Virus record (IMG/VR): IMGVR_UViG_2541047881_000001
Reading direction: 5' to 3' (one strand)
Origin: a virus
Lineage: Duplodnaviria > Heunggongvirae > Uroviricota > Caudoviricetes
Length of the DNA stretch: 10,771 bases
The notes beneath the pieces were generated by a model. That model ran no database searches and was not told the origin of the DNA. It saw only the letters and a program-made list of their open reading frames with translations. Each line of letters opens with the position of its first letter. The first letter of the stretch is position 1. The position numbers were made by a program, and so were the translations under genes. This document shows positions 7,558-10,771 of the stretch, piece by piece.

Positions 7558-9016
7558 TTAGGAGCGCCAAAAAAAACCTGAAAACAATATAATAACAGGA
7601 TAAATTTCAAGGCGACCAAGAATCATAGCTATGCACATTAAACATTTTGCAATGTCATTAAGCACTCCGAATGACGATGCAGTAGCCCCAAAACCTAATC
7701 CCATATTATTAATACATGCAGCCACTGTTGCAAATGATGTAAGAAAATCATATCCCATACCATTTAACACCAGTATAAAAAACACCGTGAAGAGAGTATA
7801 AAGAAAAAAGAAACTCCATACAGACCTCATTACACGATCTGTAACTATCTTCCCTCCTACATTTACACTCAACAACGCTCTGGGATGAGAAAGCTGATTT
7901 ATCTCGTGTTTGCTTTGTTTGAAAAGTATAAGAAATCGAAGTGACTTAATTCCACCACAAGTTGAACCTATACATCCCCCAAAGAAACTTGACAACAGCA
8001 AAAACACTATCGTGTGCGTGGGCCAACTTGCATAATCCTGCGTAGCTAAACCATTATCAGTGAGCATGGAGCTGGCAAGAAAAAACGAATGAATAAAACT
8101 TCCATGCAAGTCATACATACCTATATGCCAGACCTGGAAAGAGGTAACAATGATCACCCCTAAGGCTATTAACAGAAAGAAACGAAGTTCAATATCTCTG
8201 ATTAAAGGTTTTATCGTTTTCCTGCTAATAACAATATACCAAAGAGTGAAGTTGAAAGCCGATAGCAGGGAAAAAGAACCAGCCACCAGCTCAACCAAAT
8301 AGTTATTAAAATATCCGATACTCTCGCTATGAGTTGAGAAACCACCAAGCGAAACTGTGGAAATCCCGTGACAAATAGCATCAAACAAAGGCATTCCTGC
8401 AAGTCTATAACAGACAATACAAGCAATACCTAATAAAGAATAAGTTATCCACAGTGTCCGTGACGTATCGGCCAGGCGGGGAGTGAGTTTGTCATCCTTA
8501 AATGGCCCCGGCATTTCTGACTGATAAAGCTTTGCACCACCAATACCCAATAATGGCAATACAGCAACCGCCAGAACAATAACTCCTAAACCACCTATAA
8601 AATTTAACTGTGACCGATAGTACAAATATGCCCGAGGTAATGAACTAACATCATCAATTACAGTTGCTCCTGTTGTTGTTATTCCAGAAACCCCTTCAAA
8701 CAGAGCATCAATGAACGTTAAATTAAGTTCTGAGTCAATCCATAAAGGGAATGCACTAATAACAGAAAACAAAATCCAAAACATTACAATTATAATAAAC
8801 CCATCACGGGTACGTAATTGAATGCCAGATTTCTTAGTTGTATACCACGCTCCGCCACCAATGCAAAAAAAATATAACGAAAGTTATAAAGAAAACGAAC
8901 AGGCTTTTTTCTTTATAAAACAATGCTACAACCATTGGTGGCAACATTGAAAGACTATAGAGCCAAACCAGGAACCCACACATATGAGTAACAACTCTTA
9001 CATGAGATGTATTCAT
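7558..9016 (-). pseudogene. trkG: TrkG/TrkH-family K+ uptake protein, disrupted by a +1 frameshift in a homopolymer run
   Basis: Two overlapping ORFs in different frames (8834..9034 and 7558..8784) together read MNTSHVRVVTHMCGFLVWLYSLSMLPPMVVALFYKEKSLFVFFITFVIFF / CIGGGAWYTTKKSGIQLRTRDGFIIIVMFWILFSV...GGLGVIV...GFSTH.... The frame switch falls in the A8 run at 8865-8872 (T8 on the coding strand). Removing one base gives one 485-codon ORF from the ATG at 9016, the length recalled for Rac-prophage TrkG. TrkH-type signatures are present (GITTTGATV, GGLGVIV, LGGFSTHS). Confidence 0.85.
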
Positions 9017-9034
9017 ATCTAAATATTCTTTCAA

Positions 9035-9153
9035 TTATAACCACCTTGCTGCAATATTATGATTATACTGTATAAAATTTAACTCCTCTTAGATCTTACT
9101 TCACTGTTCCTTATGAAACAATCATCAAAATGAATCATATTGTAGTTAAGATT
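9035..9153 (-). promoter_or_regulatory. AT-rich upstream region of trkG with candidate sigma70 -10 elements
   Basis: Intergenic region between the Rz stop and the trkG start. It is very AT-rich and has TATAAT hexamers on the minus strand at about 9044-9049 and 9063-9068. No convincing -35 was found, so this is a low-confidence call. Confidence 0.3.
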
Positions 9154-9618
9154 TTACTTTAAACACTGCTCGGTTATGTATTGCTGAGCACCTTCAAGTT
9201 GGGCCTGCATCATTACCAGTCGTTCCCGGAGGGTGAAATAATCCCGTTCAGCGGTGTCTGCCAGTCGGGGGGAGGCTGCATTATCCACGCCGGAGGCGGT
9301 GGTGGCTTCACGCACTGACTGACAGACTGCTTTGATGTGCAACCGACGACGACCAGCGGCAACATCATCACGCAGAACATCATTTTCAGCTTTCGCATCA
9401 GCTAACTCCTTCGTGTATTTTGCATCGAGCGCAGCAACATCACGCTGACGCATCTGCATGTCAGTAATGGTGGCGTTCGCCTTCTCCAGTTCACTGGCCT
9501 TGTTATCGCGCTGTTCTTTGTAGGCGATTGCATTATCACGGTAATGATTAACAGCCCATGACAGGCAGACGATGATGCAGATAACCAGAGCGGAGATAAT
9601 CGCGGTTACCCTGCTCAT
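9154..9618 (-). CDS. Rz: Rz i-spanin (inner-membrane spanin subunit)
   Basis: From the ATG at 9618 the product is [31 protein letters not shown]...[45 protein letters not shown]..., closely matching lambda Rz as recalled. The start overlaps the endolysin stop as ATGA. The ORF-track start at 9630 is a GTG 12 nt upstream. Confidence 0.9.
   Translation of the reverse strand: MSRVTAIISALVICIIVCLSWAVNHYRDNAIAYKEQRDNKASELEKANATITDMQMRQRDVAALDAKYTKELADAKAENDVLRDDVAAGRRRLHIKAVCQSVREATTASGVDNAASPRLADTAERDYFTLRERLVMMQAQLEGAQQYITEQCLK
9213..9398 (-). CDS. Rz1: Rz1 o-spanin lipoprotein, nested in the +1 frame of Rz
   Basis: ORF track 61 aa, [52 protein letters not shown].... It has a lipobox (VVGC) and a proline-rich mature region, entirely embedded in Rz, and matches lambda Rz1 as recalled. 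Confidence 0.88.
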   Translation of the reverse strand: MRKLKMMFCVMMLPLVVVGCTSKQSVSQCVKPPPPPAWIMQPPPDWQTPLNGIISPSGNDW

Positions 9619-10112
9619 TGTTGCCCCCACAAACAGACCTCACGCTCAATCTCACGACGAGTCATCAGGCCTTTCCATTGCTTACCGCCAGCGTATGCCC
9701 AGCGACGTAGCTGGTCACATGCGCCCTTGATATCGCCCTGGTTTATTTTGCGAAGAAGAGTAGATGTTCTGAAATTGCCTGCGCCCACGTTATAGACGAA
9801 CGAGTAAAGAGCGCCGCGCGTTGTTTCCGGTATATCGACTTTGATGTACGGGTTAATTTGTCTGGCTACCGTGGCAAGGTCTTTATTCAGGAGGGCTTTG
9901 CATTCTGCTTCGGTATACGTTTTACCGGGAATGATGTCTTTTCCTGTATGCCCGTGACATACAGTCCATACGCCAACGATATCTTTGTATGGTATGTAGC
10001 TGACACCTTCCAGACCATCGTTACCACTTGGGCCAGTGATTAACACTGATGCTATAGCAATTGCTCCGCCACCAATAGCAGCAGCAACGGCTTTTCGTAA
10101 TGATGGAGGCAT
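9615..10112 (-). CDS. R: SAR endolysin (phage 21 R-type lysozyme with N-terminal signal-anchor-release domain)
   Basis: ORF track 165 aa. The N-terminal Gly/Ala-rich weakly hydrophobic segment [20 protein letters not shown] is typical of a SAR domain. A lysozyme catalytic region follows ([24 protein letters not shown]). Near-identical to R21 as recalled. Confidence 0.92.
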   Translation of the reverse strand: MPPSLRKAVAAAIGGGAIAIASVLITGPSGNDGLEGVSYIPYKDIVGVWTVCHGHTGKDIIPGKTYTEAECKALLNKDLATVARQINPYIKVDIPETTRGALYSFVYNVGAGNFRTSTLLRKINQGDIKGACDQLRRWAYAGGKQWKGLMTRREIEREVCLWGQQ

Positions 10113-10327
10113 TATTCACCTCTCGCAGCCTTGCGCTTATCTTCTTTAATCTTGAAATAAAGGTTTGTCAGGTACGTCAGCAGGCCAAATACCAAGCTAC
10201 CCAGCACACCTATTGCTGCCCACTGTGAGGGCGTGACTTTATCGAGCAGCTGTAAAAACCAGTAGCCAGCACTGCCTGCGGAGGTGCCGTAGGCAATGCC
10301 CGTTGTTAACTTATCCATGGATTTCAT
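10112..10327 (-). CDS. S: Class II holin / pinholin (phage 21 S-type) with dual-start motif
   Basis: ORF track 71 aa, [71 protein letters not shown]. It has two transmembrane segments and a charged C-terminus, and a Met1-Lys-Ser-Met4 dual start. SD GGAGGTGAGG lies upstream. Its stop overlaps the endolysin ATG by 1 nt (TAATG). Confidence 0.9.
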   Translation of the reverse strand: MKSMDKLTTGIAYGTSAGSAGYWFLQLLDKVTPSQWAAIGVLGSLVFGLLTYLTNLYFKIKEDKRKAARGE

Positions 10328-10420
10328 AGCCTCACCTCCGCAAATAACGGATGGTGTACACGGTTCGGAACGAAGAGGAAAGGTATAGAAGTTACATTAG
10401 CGTAAGGCTTGAACATCTAT

Positions 10421-10454
10421 TCAAAAAGAAAAACGCCGCGATTATTCTGGCGTA
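10421..10454 (-). terminator. Candidate tR'-like intrinsic terminator of the late leader upstream of the holin
   Basis: On the minus strand: ACGCC-AGAATAATCGC-GGCGT followed by TTTTTCTTTTT. The 5-bp stem is short, but the loop and T-tract resemble lambda tR' (GGCCTGCTGGTAATCGCAGGCCTTTTTATTT, recalled). Located about 95-125 bp upstream of the holin ATG. Confidence 0.35.
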
Positions 10455-10544
10455 GCTGAAAGCATCATACAATTATCAAATACGAAAATTACAAAATCAT
10501 TAAAACGCATCACGTTACATCATGTCTTTTTCTAAAAAAAATCT

Positions 10545-10771
10545 GGTAATGACTCCAACTTATTGATAGTGTTTTATGTTCAGATAATGCCCGATGACTT
10601 TGTCATGCAGCTCCACCGATTTTGAGAACGACAGCGACTTCCGTCCCAGCCGTGCCAGGTGCTGCCTCAGATTCAGGTTATGCCGCTCAATTCGCTGCGT
10701 ATATCGCTTGCTGATTACGTGCAGCTTTCCCTTCAGGCGGGATTCATACAGCGGCCAGCCATCCGTCATCC
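10545..10771 (-). mobile_element. IS1: IS1 insertion sequence, partial (right end and terminal inverted repeat; remainder beyond the window), inverted relative to the copy at 1-539
   Basis: GGTAATGACTCCAACTTATTGATAGTGTTTTATGTTCAGATAATGCCCGATGAC... starting at 10545 is the reverse complement of the IS1 right end. It differs from the first copy at terminal positions (CAATAAGTTGGAGTCATTACC here, CAGTAAGTTGGAGTCACTACC in the first copy). Confidence 0.93.
10560..10771 (-). CDS. insB: IS1 InsB, C-terminal part (5' partial; continues beyond the window end)
   Basis: ORF track 10560..10769 gives [69 protein letters not shown], identical to the C-terminus of the InsB at 21..524. Confidence 0.9.
   Translation of the reverse strand, partial: MTDGWPLYESRLKGKLHVISKRYTQRIERHNLNLRQHLARLGRKSLSFSKSVELHDKVIGHYLNIKHYQ

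Noticed and set aside
7338-7619. ORF 7338..7619- spanning the ParB-trkG intergenic region
   Set aside because: It overlaps the ParB-like start and the trkG 3' end and covers the hairpin/T-tract region. It is more plausibly intergenic or terminator sequence than a gene.
8211-8426. ORF 8211..8426- inside trkG
   Set aside because: It is an alternative-frame read within the TrkH-like coding region. The hydrophobic translation reflects the AT-rich membrane-protein sequence.
9858-10043. ORF 9858..10043+, antisense to the SAR endolysin
   Set aside because: It is fully contained in the opposite strand of a highly recognisable endolysin gene.
1-10771. tRNA, rRNA or attachment-site features
   Set aside because: No cloverleaf-like tRNA candidates, rRNA-like segments or integrase genes were recognised by eye. 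The prophage boundaries are not in this window, being replaced by IS1 on both sides.

Overview
This window is the late region of a degraded lambdoid prophage, resembling the E. coli/Shigella Rac-DLP12 group, and it has been heavily remodelled by insertion sequences. All phage genes lie on the minus strand. Reading 5'->3' on that strand (high to low coordinates): partial IS1 (10545-10771), a tR'-like terminator, an S21-type pinholin, an R21-type SAR endolysin, Rz with nested Rz1, an AT-rich trkG potassium-transporter moron that is frameshifted in an A8/T8 run, a ParB/Srx-like protein, a 317-aa protein with GT-A-like acidic motifs, an 83-aa protein, terminase small and large subunits, and the first 47 codons of a portal-like gene. 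A complete 1310-bp IS629/IS3411-like element (1683-2992) then joins the portal fragment directly to a lambda H-like tape measure fragment, which is itself cut off by a second partial IS1 (1-539). The two IS1 copies are inverted and are not identical. There are no tRNA, rRNA or CRISPR features. The most interesting candidate for an undescribed system is the ParB-like / GT-A-like / small-protein operon between the trkG moron and the terminase genes. Organism and family assignments rest on recalled protein and IS-end sequences, not on a search.
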